DNA of 64,000 nucleotides. Origin: the human T2T-CHM13v2.0 reference genome, Homo sapiens. The DNA is taken from NCBI RefSeq assembly GCF_009914755.1, contig NC_060947.1; one strand, 5' to 3'. A program made the position numbers and the translations under genes. Shown here one piece after another: positions 45,681 through 61,560 of this stretch. How positions within the stretch are numbered: position 1 is the first letter of the stretch; each line of letters starts with the position of its first letter. Below the pieces are notes generated by a model. That model searched no databases and was not told the origin of the DNA. It saw only the letters and a list, made by a program, of their open reading frames with translations.

Positions 45681-48600
45681 AGAAACTATTATGGAATAAT
45701 TTCTCATTGTGGGACTTGCATGTGTGAGCACAAGCCCTTAACTCCCTTTCCACTACCAGACCCTTTTAAAGCCATCAAATAACATAAATATAGAGAAAAC
45801 TCTGAATCAAAGACATAGGTATAATCCATGTGCCAGATAATTTAAGAGATTTGTGACAGATAGAATGCAGATGGGATCAGAGTAAAGGAAGGCACTTTTT
45901 CTCTTATATGACAGCATTCATTGCAAGCTTCCTGAAATGCCCTTGGGCCTTAAGGGAACATGGGCAGACAGTACTCCCCATGGCCTGGGGTGGTGATAGC
46001 TATGGAGTGAGGCTCCTCTGCCTTATATTGGGAAAAACCTAAACACTACACAAGAAAACTATTAGAACTAATACACAAATTCAGTAAAGTTGCAGGCCAC
46101 AAAATCAACATAGAAAAATCAGTAGCATTTCTATATGCCAACAGTGAACAATCTGTAAAAGAAATTAAAAAGTAATCCCATATACAATAGCCACACAAAA
46201 ACTTAAATACCTAGGAATTAACTTAACCAAAGAAGTGAAAGACCTCTATAATGAAAACTATGAGACAATATTGAGGGAAATTGAAGAGTACACCAAAAAA
46301 TAGAAAAATATTCCATGTTCATGTACTGGAAGAATCAACATTATTTAAATGTCCATACTACCCAAAGCAATCTACAGATTCAATGCAATCCCTACCAAAA
46401 TACCTATTAAAGTCTTCACAGAAATAGAAAAAAAATCCTAAAATTTGTATGGAACCATGAAAGACCCAGAATAGCCAAAGCTATCCTAAGCAAAAAGAAC
46501 AAAACTGGAAGAATCACATTACCTGACTTCAAATTATACTACAGAGCTATGGTAACCAAACAGCATGGTGCTGGCATAAAAACAGACACATAGACCAATG
46601 GAACAGAATAGGGAACTCAGAAACAAATCCACACACCTACAGTGAACTCATTTTTGACAAAGGTGCCAAGAACATACACTGGGAAAAAGATAGGCACATA
46701 AATAAATGGTGTTGGGAAAACTGGATATCCATACACAGAATAATTAAACTAAGACCCCTATCTCTCACCATATACAAAAATCAAATCTAAATGGATTAAA
46801 CACTTAAATCTAAGACATCGAACTATAAAACTACTACAAGAAAACATTAGGGAAAAAACGCTAAGGCATCAAACTATAAAACTACTACAAGAAAACATTA
46901 GGGAAAATCTCGAAGACATTTGCCTGGACAAAAAAATTCTTCAGCAGTACACCAAAAGTACAGACAACCAAAGCAAAAATGGACAAATGGGATCACATGA
47001 ACTTGAAAAACTTCTGCACAGCAAAGAATACAATCAACAGAGTGAAGAGACAACCCACAGAATGGGAGAAAATATTTGCAAACTACCCATCTGACAAGGG
47101 ATTAATAAACAGAATATTTAAGAAGCTCAAACAACTCTATAGGAAAAAAGTCTAATAATCTGATTAAAAGATGGAACAAAGATTTGAATACACATTTCTC
47201 AAAAGAAGACAAACATATGACAAACAGGCATATGAAAAGGTGCTCAATGTTACTGATCATCAGAGAAATGCAAATCAAAACTGTCTCAAAAGAGACATAC
47301 ATGCAGCCAACAAGGATACAAAAAAGCTCAACATCATTGATCACTAAAGAAATGTAAATCAAAACCACAATAACATGCCATCCCACACCAGTCAGAATGG
47401 TTATTATTAAAAAGTCAAAAAATAACAGATGCTGGTGAGGTTGCAGAGAAAAGGGAATGCTTATAAACTGTTTTTGGGAATGTAAATTAGTTCAACCATT
47501 GTGGAAAACAGTGTGGTGATTCCTCAAAGACCTAAAAACAGAAATACCACTCAACCCAGCAGTCCCATCACTGGATATATACTCAAAGGAATATAAATCA
47601 TTCTAACATAAAGACACATGCACGCATATGTTCATTTCAGCACTATTCACAATAGCAAAGACATGGAATCAACCTAAATGCCCATCGATGACAGATTGGA
47701 TAAAGAAAATGTGGTCCATATACACCATGGCATACTATGCAGCCATAAAAAATAATGAGATCATGTCCTTTGCAGGAACATATACAGAGCTGGAGGCCAC
47801 TGTTCTTAGCAAACTAACGCAATAACAGAAAACCCAATACCACATGCTCTCACTTATAAAAGTCAGAGCTAAATGATGAGAACGCATGGACACATAGAGG
47901 GGAGCAATAGACACTGGGGCCTATTGGAGGGCAGAGAATGGTAAGAGGGAAAGGATCAGAAAAAATAACCAATGGATACGAGGCTTAATACCTGGGTGAT
48001 GAAATAGTCAACAAACCCCTATGACACAAGTTTACCTATTTAATAAACCTACACATGTACCCCTGAACTTAAAACAAAAGTTAAAATAAAAAATATATTT
48101 AAAAACTGCAATGAGATTATCATCTCACCCCAGTTAATATGGCTTATATCCAAAAGACAGGCAATAACAAATGCTTGTGAGGATGTGGAGAAAAGGGAAC
48201 CTTTGTACACTGTTGGCAGGAATGTAAATTAGTACAACCACTATGGAGAAGTTTGGAGGTTCCTCAGAAAACTAAAAATCGAGCTACCATAGATCCAGCA
48301 ATCCCACTGCTGGGTATATACCCCAAAGGAAGGAAATCAGTGTATCAAAGAGATACCTGCACTCCTATGTTTGCTGCAGCAGTATTCGCAGTAGCCAAGA
48401 TTTGGAAGCAACCAAAGTGCCCATCGACAGATAAATAGATAAAGAAAATGTGGTACATATATACGATAGAGTACTCTTCAGCCATAAAAAAGAATGAGAT
48501 CCCATCATTTGCAACAACACGGATTGAACTGGAGGTCATTAAGGAGGTTAAGTGAAAGAAGCCAGGTACAGAAAGACAAATGTCACATGTCCTCACTTAT

Positions 48601-49436
48601 TTGTGGAATCTAAAAATCAAAACAATTGAACTTATGGGCATAAAGAGTGGAAGAATGGTTGCCAGAGGCTGGGAAAGGTAGCCAGGGTGGGGGGCTGTGG
48701 GGGAAGTGGGGATGGTTAATAGATACACAAATTCATTAGACAGAATAAGACCTAATATTTGACCACACAACAGGGTGACTATAGTCAATAATAACTTAAT
48801 TGTACATTTTTAAATAACAAAAAGAGTGTAATTGGATTGTTTGTAACATGAAGAACAAATGCATGATGTGATTATTTCACATTGTATGCCTGTATCAAAA
48901 CATCTCATGTACCCTGTAAATATATACGCCTACCATGTACCCACAAAAATTAAAAAGAAATAAGAAACTATAAAAGCAAGAGCAAACCAAACTGAAAAAT
49001 AGTATAAGGAAATAAATAATAAAGATCACATCAGAACTACAGAAAAAGTTCGTTCTTCAAAAAGATAAACAAAATCAATAAACCACTAGACTAAGTGGTT
49101 TAGTCACTTAGTCAGTAACTAGAGTAAGAAAAAGCGAAGAATGCTCAGATAAATAAAATTAGAACTGAAAAAGGAGGCATTACAATAGTTACCAAAGAAA
49201 TACAAACGGTTATTAGAGATTGTTTTGAACAATTATACATTAACAAATTTGAAAACCCAGAGGAAAAGGATAAATTCCTGGACACGTAAAACCTACCAAG
49301 ATTGAATCAGAAAGAACTAGAAAACCTGAACAAACCAATAATGAGTAATGAGATTGAATCAATAATAAAAAAAGGTCTTCCAACAAAGTAAAGCCCAGAA
49401 ACTTGATGGCTTTACTGCTGAATTCTACCAAACATT

Positions 49437-49528
49437 TGAAGAAGAGGTGACACCAATGCTTCTCAAACTATCCCCCACAAAATGAAGAAGAGGTGACACC
49501 AATGCTTCTCAAACTATCCCCCACAAAA
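49437..49528. repeat. Perfect 46-bp tandem duplication
   Basis: tgaagaagaggtgacaccaatgcttctcaaactatcccccacaaaa twice. Confidence 0.95.
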
Positions 49529-50626
49529 TGAAGAGGGAATTCCCTCTCATTCTACGAGACCAGCATCACCCTGATACCAAAACCAGACAAGGACACAAGA
49601 AAAAAAAGAAAACTACAGGCCAGTATCTCTGATGAACATAGATGCAAAATCTTCAACAAAATACCAGGTTTAGTACCTAGGTTATGAAATAATCTGTACA
49701 ACAAACCCAGTGACATGCATTTCCCTATGTAACAAACCTGCACATGTACCCAAAACCTAAAATAAAAGTTTAAAAAATTAAAAAATTAAAAAATACTAGC
49801 AACCTGAGTCAAACAATACATCATAAAGATAATACACCATGATCAAGTGGGATTAATCTCAGAGATGCAAGAATGAGACACATCACATCAACAGAATCAA
49901 GGATAAAAACCATATGATCATCTCAATAGATGCATAAAAAGCATTTGATAAAATTCAACATCCCTTCATGATTAAAAAAACTATCAACAAACTAGGCATA
50001 TAAGGAACATACCTCAAAATAATAAAGGCTATATATGACAAACCCACAGACAACATCATAGAGAATGGGGAAATGCTGAAAGCCTTTCCTCCAAGAACTA
50101 GAAGAAGAAAAGAATGCCCACTTTCACCACTTTTATTCAACATATTACTGGAAGTCCTGGCCAGAGCAATCAGGCAAAAGAAAGAAATAAAGATATCCAA
50201 ATTGGAAAAGAGGAAGACAAATTCTCTCTATTTGCACATGACATAATATTAAATACAGGAAAATTTAAAGATGCTACCAAAAAACTCTTAGAACTGATAA
50301 ATGAATTTAGTAAGTTTGCAGGATACAAAATCAACATACAAAAATCTGTAGCATTTCTATACATCAAACAATGAGCTAGCTGAAAAAGAAAGGAAGAAAG
50401 CAATCCCATTTACAATAGCTACAAAAAATTTCCCAGGGATAAATTTAATGAAAGAGGTGAAAGACCTGTACAATGAAAACTAAACTACAAAACACTGATA
50501 AAAAGAATTGAAGAGGACACAAACAAATGGAAAGAAGAATTAATATTCTTCTGGATCTGGCCGGGCACAGTGGCTCGCACCTGTAATCCTGGCACTTTGG
50601 GAGGCCGAGGCAGGCAGATCACCTTA

Positions 50627-50909
<283 letters not shown>

Positions 50910-50987
50910 CTACAGATTTAATGCACTCTCTATCAAAATATCAGTATATCAATTACGTTCTTCACAGAAATAGAAAAAACAATCTTA

Positions 50988-51194
<207 letters not shown>

Positions 51195-53372
51195 TTAGTC
51201 AAGTGTGGTGGCGTGAGCCTGTAGTCCCAGCAGCTTGGGGGACTGAGGTGGGAGGATTATTTAAGCCCAGAAGTTTGAGGCTGTAGTGATCTATGATCAC
51301 ACCACTGCACTGAAGCCTGGGTGACAGAATGAGACCTTGTTTCTGAAAAAAAAAAAAAAAAATTAGAAAGAACAAAGCTGGAGGCATCAAACTACGTCAA
51401 TTCAAAATATACAAAATTACAATAACCCAAACAGCATGATGATATTGGTATGAAAACAGACACATAGACCAATGGAACAGAATAGAGAACCCAGAAATAA
51501 ATCCATATTTTATGACGTCAGCATAACATTTTTACCAAAACCAAAGATGTCATGATAAAAGAAAGTTACAGGACAATCTCCCTCATGAACACAGATTTTT
51601 TTTGAAGTTCTAAACAAAATATGAGCAAAACAAATCTAGTAATTTATAAAAAGGATAGGTATCATGATAAAGTTGGGTTTATTCCAGAAATGCCAAGGTT
51701 AGTTTAGCACTAAAAAAATTATCCAGTGAATTTCTTGACATTAACATGATAAAAATAATATGATTATAAAGTGCTTCAACCACAAAAAATGATAATTATA
51801 TTAGGTAATGTTTGTTAATTAGCTTGATTTTAATCATTCCATGATATAGATGTATATCAAAACATCATATTGTATCCCATAAATGTATACAATTATTTGT
51901 CAGTTAAAAATAAAAGAAATACATCTATTCATGACTTTAGAAAATAACAGTTAGCAAAGTAGAAAATATGTGAATGACTTTAATCTAATGAATGATATCT
52001 ACAATATTCCACAGCAAACCACATTGTAACGGTGAAATATTAGAAGCTTTCTATCTGAGATCAGGAATGATACAAGGATCCGTATTGTCACCAGGACTAT
52101 TCAGTAACGTCCTGGACTTCTTATCCCATGCAGTGACATAAGAAAAAGTAATGAAAAATACAAGGGTTGTTAAAGAAAAAACAAAGCTATTATTATTTGC
52201 AGGCAATATAATTATATGCAAAGAAAAGACAAAATAATCCATAGTTTTAAAAAGCTGGATATAAAATCAAAATCCAAAACTCAATTTAAGTTTTCATACA
52301 ACAGCAAAAAACAGTTGACAATAACATAAAAAATAGCAAATACACGGAAATGTATTAATAAGAGATATGTAAAATTTCTACACTAAAAACTATAAAACAT
52401 TATATACACAAATTAAATAAAATCTACGTTGTACTGGCATAAAAACAGATACATAAACCAAAAGAACAGAATAGAGAGGCCAGAAATACACCCACATGTA
52501 CATGGTCAACTATGCTTTGACAAGAGAGCAAAGAATACACAATGGAGAAAGGAGAGTCTCTTCAATAAATTGTGTTGGGAAAACTGGATATCCACACGCA
52601 AAAGAATGAACTTGGGCCCTTTTCTTATACCATATACAAAAAATTAACTTGAAATGGATTATAGACTTCAATCTAAAATCTAAAACCATTTAGCCCCTAG
52701 AAGAAAATATAGGGGGAAAGCTCATTGACATTGGTATTGATTGACAATGATATTTTGGATATGATTCCAAATGCACAGGCAAAAATAGCAAAAATAAACA
52801 AGCGGAGCTACATCAAACTAACAAGTGTCTGCTCAGCAAAGGAAACAATCAACAAAATGAAAAGGCAACCTAGAGAATGAGAGAAAATATTTGCAAATCA
52901 TATAAAAGGGGTTAACAGTAAAAATATATAAGGAACTCACATAACTGAGTAGCAAAAAAACTAAATGACCCAATTTTAAAATGGGCAAAGATCCGAATAG
53001 ACATTTCTCAAATGGCCAACAGGTATATGAAAAAATGCTCGACATCACTAACCATCATGGAAATGCAAATCAGAACCACACAAGGTATCGGCCCACACCT
53101 GTGAGGATGGCTAATATCAAAAAAGACAAGAAATACAAGTGTTGGAGAGCATGTAGAGAAGAGAACCCTTGTACACTGTTGGTGGGAATGTAAATTGGTA
53201 TAGCCATTATGGAAAACAGTATGGAGGTTCCTCAGAAACTAAAAATATAACTACCTTATGATCCAGCAATCTCTCTTCTGGATACATATCCAAAAGAAAT
53301 GAAATCAGTATGTCAAAGAGATACTTGCCCTCCTGTGTTTGTTGCAGCACTATTCACAATAGCCACAACATG

Positions 53373-54087
<715 letters not shown>

Positions 54088-56652
54088 ACATGTAGTCAAT
54101 TTGTGTCCATCACTGGATGAATGGATAAAGGATATAATGGATATAAAAAATGTGGTATATATTCAGAATGGAATATTACTCAGCCTTAAAAAGGAATGGT
54201 ATCCTGTCATTTGTGACAACATGGGTAAACCAGGATGAGATTATGTTCAGTGAAATGAGCTGGGCACAGAAAAAAAAATACTGCACGATTTCACTTATAT
54301 GTGGAATCTAAAAAAGTCAAACTCATGGCAATAGTAAAATGGTGGTTGTCAGGGACTGGGGAATGCAGGTAAATGAGAATATGTTGGTCAAAAGGTACAA
54401 ACTTTCAGTGATAAGTGAACAAGTCTGGGGGATCCAATGTACAGCATGGGTGGCCATGGATGTGTTAATTAGTTTGATTGCAATAATCAGTACATAATGC
54501 ATATGCATATCAAATCATCATGTTCTGATGCATATGCATTCACACCTTGAATATGTGCAATCTTTATTTGTCAATTAAATATTTTAAAATACAAAAATAA
54601 GACCTACAGAAATGGAAGCATATTTCCTATTCATGGATTGGAAAATTCAACATTGTAGTCAAATCTTCACAAACCGATCTACAGATCGGATGCAATCCTC
54701 CTCAAATCCCCAATATATTTATATATGTGTGTCTAGAACCTGACCAGCTGACTGTAAAATTGACCCTAGAATAGCCATTATATTCCCAAAGGCAGGAGGA
54801 CTTGTCCTACTGGATATTAAGACAGAATGGTACAGTAATTAAGAGAGTGTGGCACTGGTGCAAGCTGGACAAGTAGGCTCCAAGGGATAGAAAGCAGAAA
54901 GGAAACTCAGACCCTCACATACATGGGCACTTCATCTATGGCAGAGGGGGCGCTGGAGAGCCATGGGGACAGGACAGCCTTGCAGGGTCATCGGATGGAG
55001 ATCCAGATGGACAAAAACGAACCTTGACCTCACTCTGCCACCACGTACCAACACAGATTCCAGGCAAATCTCAGTGGGAAAGGCAGAACAATAAACTTTA
55101 TGCATTCCCTCAGCTTTATCAGAGCCATTTTGCTTCTAGGCACCACTGTTGTTTGGTCTTTGTTTCATGGTCAAAACCTCTATTTTACTTAGTTTTAATC
55201 TTTGTTTGCCTTCATGTAAAAGAACACAACCTAATTGTTTTATGTTTGTGTTGAAATTTCAAATTATTTCAAGTTTTTGTTCTTCAATTTAAGACTTTTA
55301 ATTCATTTTCATATGTTATTATTCTACTGGTTTTATTCATTTCACTTCCTAAAATCTGCTTAACCACTTTCATTTTTCCCTTTTTGTCAACTGTTCACAC
55401 ATGTTAGCATATCCAGATCATTTGTGTAATCAGTATACATCTATTTCATAAGGACTGTCAAAAGGAAGCAACATACATAATGGTAACATCATTAGGGACA
55501 TTAGGGAAGGTTTTTACTAGTGACTTAATTCTCAGTCAGAATGAGAGATTCGTACAATTTGAAAATAAATTTGCACTCCTTCCACTTTCCATAATTCCTT
55601 GAAAACATGGCCTAAATAAGTAGTGATGTGTGGGTGATTATATTTCAATGGAGAGAGAAAGAAAGAGAGAGAAGAAAGAAAAAAGGAGAAAGACACAGAG
55701 ATAGACAACTAGTTTTTGTGTCTGTCTGTGTATCTGAGAGATACAGACTGATGTAAGAAAGAAGAGCAAAATGCTAAGGTTGGTTGGCTCATGGCAGAAA
55801 GATGAGGTGGCCCAGCAAAGCAGTAAAGAAGAGGTTACTGAAAAACCACAATGAATGGGCTTGAATTGGCTTTCACCAAACAGCTTCTGAAGGCCAGAGA
55901 GGCCCAGGTGGAAAGAAACAGGTGGAGGAAGATGGAACTGCAAGCAGAATTGCAAGATAACCTCGTGAGGATAAATGGCCTTATAGAAAAGGGCAAAAGA
56001 GGGCTGTGGGAGGGCCCTTTGTACAGCCACTTAGAATTTGGAAAGAACAAGTCTAGTGGGATGATGAATGAGGTTGATGGGATTGCTAAAAAATAGAAGG
56101 CAGTGATGGTCTGTGGTCTCAGGACTCTCTATGTATGTGAGAGAGAGGCAAAGAAGGGAATGGGACTGAGTTAAGACAAAAGACATCAACTTTTGTACCA
56201 AGTGGGTCCCTGAGTGACTCCAAAAAACACTAGGAGCTCAGACTCAGGTGGGAAGCTTACCACATGGGCAAGGACTTGCATGGGCAAGCCCATCACAAGG
56301 GACCAGGGTTCCAACCTATTGCAGCATCTATGGGGACCTAAATGTCTCTCCTGGTGGTCAGGCTCAAAGGAGGGGTTGGGGGGATCCAGGAACAGAAGAG
56401 TGCTGCTTTCAGGGTATATGCTTCCACCAAGGATCCAGCCCCATTAGAAGATCAGGCCAGCCTGAACAAGGGACAAGCACATATGTACACAAGTACACAC
56501 TACTGATGTGGCTTTTTACCAAGCTGCACACATCAAGGTAATTCTAACCCAGCCCCATCGTTTTGGTCCATTGGCATGACCTCACATGGGCACAAAGAGT
56601 GAAGAGGAGCCCGGGTTTTCTTGGCGCCTGAATCTTAGGACCCAACACTTAC

Positions 56653-57125
56653 CTTTCCAGGTTCTCATGTTGTCTAAACCAGAGAGGGAGATTCTTCTTG
56701 GAACCAGAGTGCATTCTGGCTTCTTGCTACCACTGTGTGTACTCCACTCCTCTTGGCGCCGTTCAGACAGATGGCTTGGCTTAGGGGGGCGGGGAGGTGG
56801 AGTGTTGGACATAATGTCTAGTTCTTTTGCTCCACAGGGTAAGGAACCTTGATTTTTATCTACCTGAATGGTGGAACTTAAGGAACTTTCCAGCAATGGT
56901 GAAGAAGACAAGTGGTCCCTGGGTGGCCCATTGATTTCTCTACTCCAGATCAGGGCAGCCTGAGGCCTCGAGGATGGCACCTCCTGAGCTCCACTGCCAT
57001 GGCATGAGGGGTGGACCAAATGACTGGAGGGGAGCGGCTGCAGGCAGTCAACAAAAACATCATCAAATGAAGCCTGTTCCAATGAACGGTCTGAGTTTGA
57101 CCAGCTATCACATCTGGTGGGTAGA
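56653..57125 (-). CDS. GAB3: GAB3 coding exon 4 (PPPRPPKP Grb2-SH3 site)
   Basis: SLPTRCDSWSNSDRS...NTPPPRPPKPSHL...LDNMRTWK. Acceptor ttccccag, donor G|gtaagt; 473 nt. Confidence 0.96.
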
Positions 57126-57630
57126 CTGGGGAAGAAAAGCATGTAAGTTGGACTAAAATGCAGCCATCCACCCACCACAAAACCAACGCTGGCCTCATTC
57201 CCATCTCCCCAGTACCACCTTGCTTGCTACTTGCATAGCCACATTCCCTCTACAACACTCAGTTACACCAACCCCTTGGTGTGGCAAAAGAAAAATGGTT
57301 TGTTGATTTTTTCATCCTCTAAGCATCAGATACACATGAAAATGCAAGGCTAGAAGTGAAAACCACAATGCTGAAAAGCATGACTCATTCTGTTTAGTAT
57401 ACTACATGCTTCATCTTTCACAGTGGTTCATAGCAATCTGTTCCTGCCTTGACATTGGCAGGAAGAGAGGTGACAGCAGACACACCCACTAGAAAATGCT
57501 ACCACTAAATGGACTAATTTGGTGAAGCACACTGAACACATCTCAGCTACGGACTGCAAGAGGAGGCAGTGTGACTCTAGAGAGCATGCTAGCAGGCCCA
57601 GCTCAGACAGAGTCCTGGGCATAAGCATAC

Positions 57631-57850
57631 CTGGTATGGTGCAGTCTTCCAGTCTCGCAGTTGGACAAAACCAGATAATCTGGAAGGAAGAGAAGCTCTG
57701 ACTCACTTCTGGTTTCCTCAGTGGCTACGGCATTAGTGTTTGGGTCATCTCTTGGCAAAGAGGAGCTGGCAGCATGGGCGGTAAGAAGGGAGCTGGCAGA
57801 GGATGGCTGCAGGGAGGAGGGCGTGTAAGAGAGGCTCTCCATGGAATCTG
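57631..57850 (-). CDS. GAB3: GAB3 coding exon 3
   Basis: (A)DSMESLSYTPSS...LFLPDYLVLSNCETGRLHHT. Tandem cagCAG acceptor, donor AG|gtatgc; 220 nt; phase-compatible with exons 2 and 4. Confidence 0.95.
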
Positions 57851-58163
57851 CTGGAGAAATCATTTCCCAGGTTAATGTTTAAGAATGGCTATAACACGCA
57901 CTCAAAATTTCTCCAACAGCATCAAAGAAGCCAAACAGAAGATGCAAATCACAGCTGGTGTTTGTACTGATGGAGAAGACCATTTCCCCAAGCTATAAAC
58001 AATGTCTGGGAAAGAAGGCCAATGTTTCAAGAGCAAAGTGTTGAATCAATTAAGAGTAAAAAACCCAGCATTCTTGGCCCAAAAATCTGCAGTTAATCTA
58101 CGCACAGCTTCTTTATGGCCCTCAGCAGCAGCCTTGCCTCATTGTTTTTTCACTCAACTAACA

Positions 58164-58166
<3 letters not shown>

Positions 58167-58214
<48 letters not shown>
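58167..58214. repeat. (AT)n microsatellite, ~23 units
   Basis: Read directly. Confidence 0.97.
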
Positions 58215-58217
<3 letters not shown>

Positions 58218-59820
58218 TAACAAGTACATGCATATAGTTATATATGTACTTGTGCATATATGTATGTATACCTATACATGTTTATTATATAGGTATATGT
58301 CTATATAGAATACCTATTACATCTACCATGTGCCCAGAATGCCACTAACCCTCAATACAGCCAAGACAAAGATCCTGCCCTTATTGAAGTTTAGATTCTA
58401 GCAGAGAAGACAGACAAATAACACATAAATAAAGAGTCCTGTTCATCACTGTTATAAGTAAAGGGAAGGAAAGAAACACAGTGCTGTGGTGGCTGGAAAA
58501 GTCCATTTCTTTTTCTCAAGGAGCATAACATTCTCCCCATCACCTGAGAACATGGTCCTTAAGATGAATTTGAATCAGGAATCAATGAGAACTCCAGATC
58601 AGAAACAGCCAATGAAAAGCCTGCTTTTATTTCCCTTTTGAACCAAGTTAATAGTCCAGGATTCCTGAGTCAGGATGACCCAGAACTAACTAGGTTCAAG
58701 TCCAGGCTCTACTACATAGCCATTACTACATGGCCTGCCTTCTCCAAGTTTCCTTTTCTATAAAGTGGAGATAGTAATCACACATAGGCCATAGAACTGC
58801 TGTGGGGATGAGACAAGTTAATATACAAAAGCATTTCAACAGAGATCCTGGCCAGGGTACACACACAATGTGTTGACTACTATATGGTTGCTGGAGACAG
58901 AACCAAACACTCTGTGAAAAGTCACAAGAAAGCCCTTTGGGTGTAATTCTCAGATGAAGAGGACCCTGCTCTTATGTGGTTCTAAAAACTGAGGCGGGGG
59001 GCTACAGAGAATGGAAAGGGTCATAGGTGAGTTTTCTGGCTTCCTCCAACTTCATGCCGGGACAGGCTCTCCAGTTTCGGCCTGGTGCCTTACTCATTCC
59101 TGGTGCTCTTGGGTTATTGGGAAACATATTATATATGTATGTTTTAGGATAACTCCTGGATAAGGAAAGAAACAGAGGAGATATATAACACAGTATACGA
59201 CGATATACCTAGTTAAGGCTGAAGGTGCACAACAGGGTGGTAAAGAGCCAGCAGCAAGGCTGGAGAAGTTAGTTGGTCAGGGAGGTTCTGCTTGATTTGC
59301 ATAATGTCAGACTCTAGCCAGAACCTACTTAATGCTGCTTTTCCAATTAAGTTTTGTCCATTGTACCAAGGATAAAGAACTTGCCATCACTTCATTTCCT
59401 TTTATTTGAGTGCTCCCAATGCTCAGCAATATTATTGAATAGCCTCACTTAATATGCTTCCCTGGTTCATGAAACGAAAAGGAATGTGTTCTCAGAAAGC
59501 ACACTCTTGTGCCTGTCCTGGAGGGAGATTCAATTCTGACTCTCCATTGCCACCTAGCGTTAGAGTGTGGATATTTCAGTGGCAGATGGTGGAAACCATG
59601 CAGTAACTCTTAAAATGTTGAAGCAACTATAGATTACAGGATTTAGGGGCAAAGTTTTGTCTACTAGACTAAGAGGCTAAAAGAAACCAGATTCAAAATC
59701 TCATATTTTGAGGAATAGGACATGTTGCAATAATGTCAGGGGCTCAACAACAAAATCCATGAAGGGAAGTTAATTGTAACCCTAGGTTACAATATACCTG
59801 GAAAATTACATAGGATGAGT

Positions 59821-59883
59821 TGTGTGTGTGTGCGTGTGTGCGTGTGTGCGTGTGGCAGAGAGAGAGAGAGAGAGAGAGAGAGA
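59821..59883. repeat. Compound (TG)n/(AG)n microsatellite
   Basis: Read directly. Confidence 0.95.
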
Positions 59884-60453
59884 CTCTGGGGTACTCTTCA
59901 TGGGTCAATTGCTCCCACTGCCCAGAAATGGCCCAGAGCAAACTTACAACTAATTTCCTCTGCAGAGAACTTGAGACATTTGGAGGTATCAGGAAATCTT
60001 TCTTGCCTACGATAAGTAGCCAAGTTCTCTCTTTCTACCATTTAGTGATGAACAACCCAATAGGCACCAGAAATGCTGGAGTTCCACAATATTTTGAAGT
60101 ATGGCAATATTTGATATTTCTAGAAGGTCATGAGTGTCAGCATCATGGGAAGACATCCTCATCCACATTTGACTTTCACTGTGGCTGAATGAGAGCAAAG
60201 ACATGAAGGGGTTTTAAAGCCATTAAAGTAACCTGCAATGCTCAGTGTGCTCATGGACTCTGCCTTCCCACATTTGGACTGGGTAAAAGAGGGCAATTTC
60301 CAGTATTGTATTTGGTAGGAACAGTTCTGATATAAATTAGCCTGCCAAAACACCCTCAAGGAGGCAGGCTTGGCATCTTGAACTGTTTTTCTGCAGTAAC
60401 CCTCCAGTCCTGGGATACCCCTTAGCACATGGGAGCCCCAACTCCGCTCTTAC

Positions 60454-60757
60454 CTGCACCATCCTCCAGGTGGCCAAGGTTGCAGACCTGACTGATGCTG
60501 TGCACCCACACCTGCATTTCTTGCTCAGTTTTGGCCACCAGGTAGAATGTACGGGAAGTAGTCTTGACAATGAACACGAAATTATTCTGAAATTCCTTCC
60601 GAACAAAGCTGGGGCCCACATGCTTCCACACTGCACACTCGCTGAGGTCTATCACCCGGATGGGCTTGCTGGAGTGCTTGTTCCTGTAGTACTCCAAGAC
60701 ATCGGGGTTGCCGCTCATGCGGCCTCGCCGGAGGACAAACCAGCGCTTGCGCCAGGC
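60454..60757 (-). CDS. GAB3: GAB3 coding exon 2 (PH domain)
   Basis: Translates AWRKRWFVLRRGRMSGNPDVLEYYRNKHSSKPIRVIDL...FYLVAKTEQEMQVWVHSISQVCNLGHLEDGA, a Gab-family PH domain. Acceptor ttctgcag, donor G|gtaaga; 304 nt. Confidence 0.97.
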
Positions 60758-61379
60758 CTGCAGAAAGGCAATTCAATAAGGAGTTACTGGACCAATTTCT
60801 CTTGTTTCTCAGGCTATGCCAAGAACCCATGTCATGACAAGGACAGCAGGAAGGAAACAAATCAGCCATTCTAATGATGAAACGCTTTGTATTACAGGAC
60901 TAGTGCCCATCTTCAAGTCCGCTTTATTGGATGATTTTAAGGACGGGTCAGGATTGGAGAGTCTAGTAATGGGATTCACACCCACAGTTTGAAGGGCCAG
61001 AATTATACAATCATTGAAATTGATGCAGCAAAGGAATGTAGTACAAATTTAACATATGCTGAAGCTTTAAAAGAATCTTAGCAATAAAGAACTAGAAGGA
61101 AGCTTTCTTACTATTATGTATCTCAGTTCAAGAGCCAATATCATACATTAAAATCAGATGAAAATCACAAATGCTCACCACTGCCCCAGTATCTTCCAAC
61201 ATTGCTATTTAAGTTCTACACAACTGGCCAAGAAGGAAAATCATACACATTGGAGAGGAGGAGAGAAGATTGCCAGTGTCTGAAGGTGACAAATTGTCTT
61301 CCATAAAACCCCCAATGATGATTAAAACACTAATAGAATTCTCAGAGAATTAACTAGCTTGGCTAGTTACACTTCCTAT

Positions 61380-61560
61380 GTAAGAGACCCTTGTCTAAGC
61401 GCTTTACTGTAACCCATTTAATCCCTAAAACTATACTATGGGAGGGGTAACTATTACTATCTCCATCTTATGTCTGATAAAATTGAGGTTCAGAGAGATT
61501 AAGTAATGTGCTCAAGGTCACATAGCTAAACAACTGTAGGAATGAATTTGAACTCAGGTT
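61380..61560 (-). mobile_element. MIR
   Basis: aaattgaggttcagagagattaagtaatgtgctcaaggtcacatagcta. Confidence 0.75.

Noticed and set aside
54935-54956. CTCF-like motif AGGGGGCGCTG (also rc ACGCTAGGTGGCA near 59547-59560)
   Set aside because: Only half-site matches; cannot be supported without a PWM scan or ChIP data.
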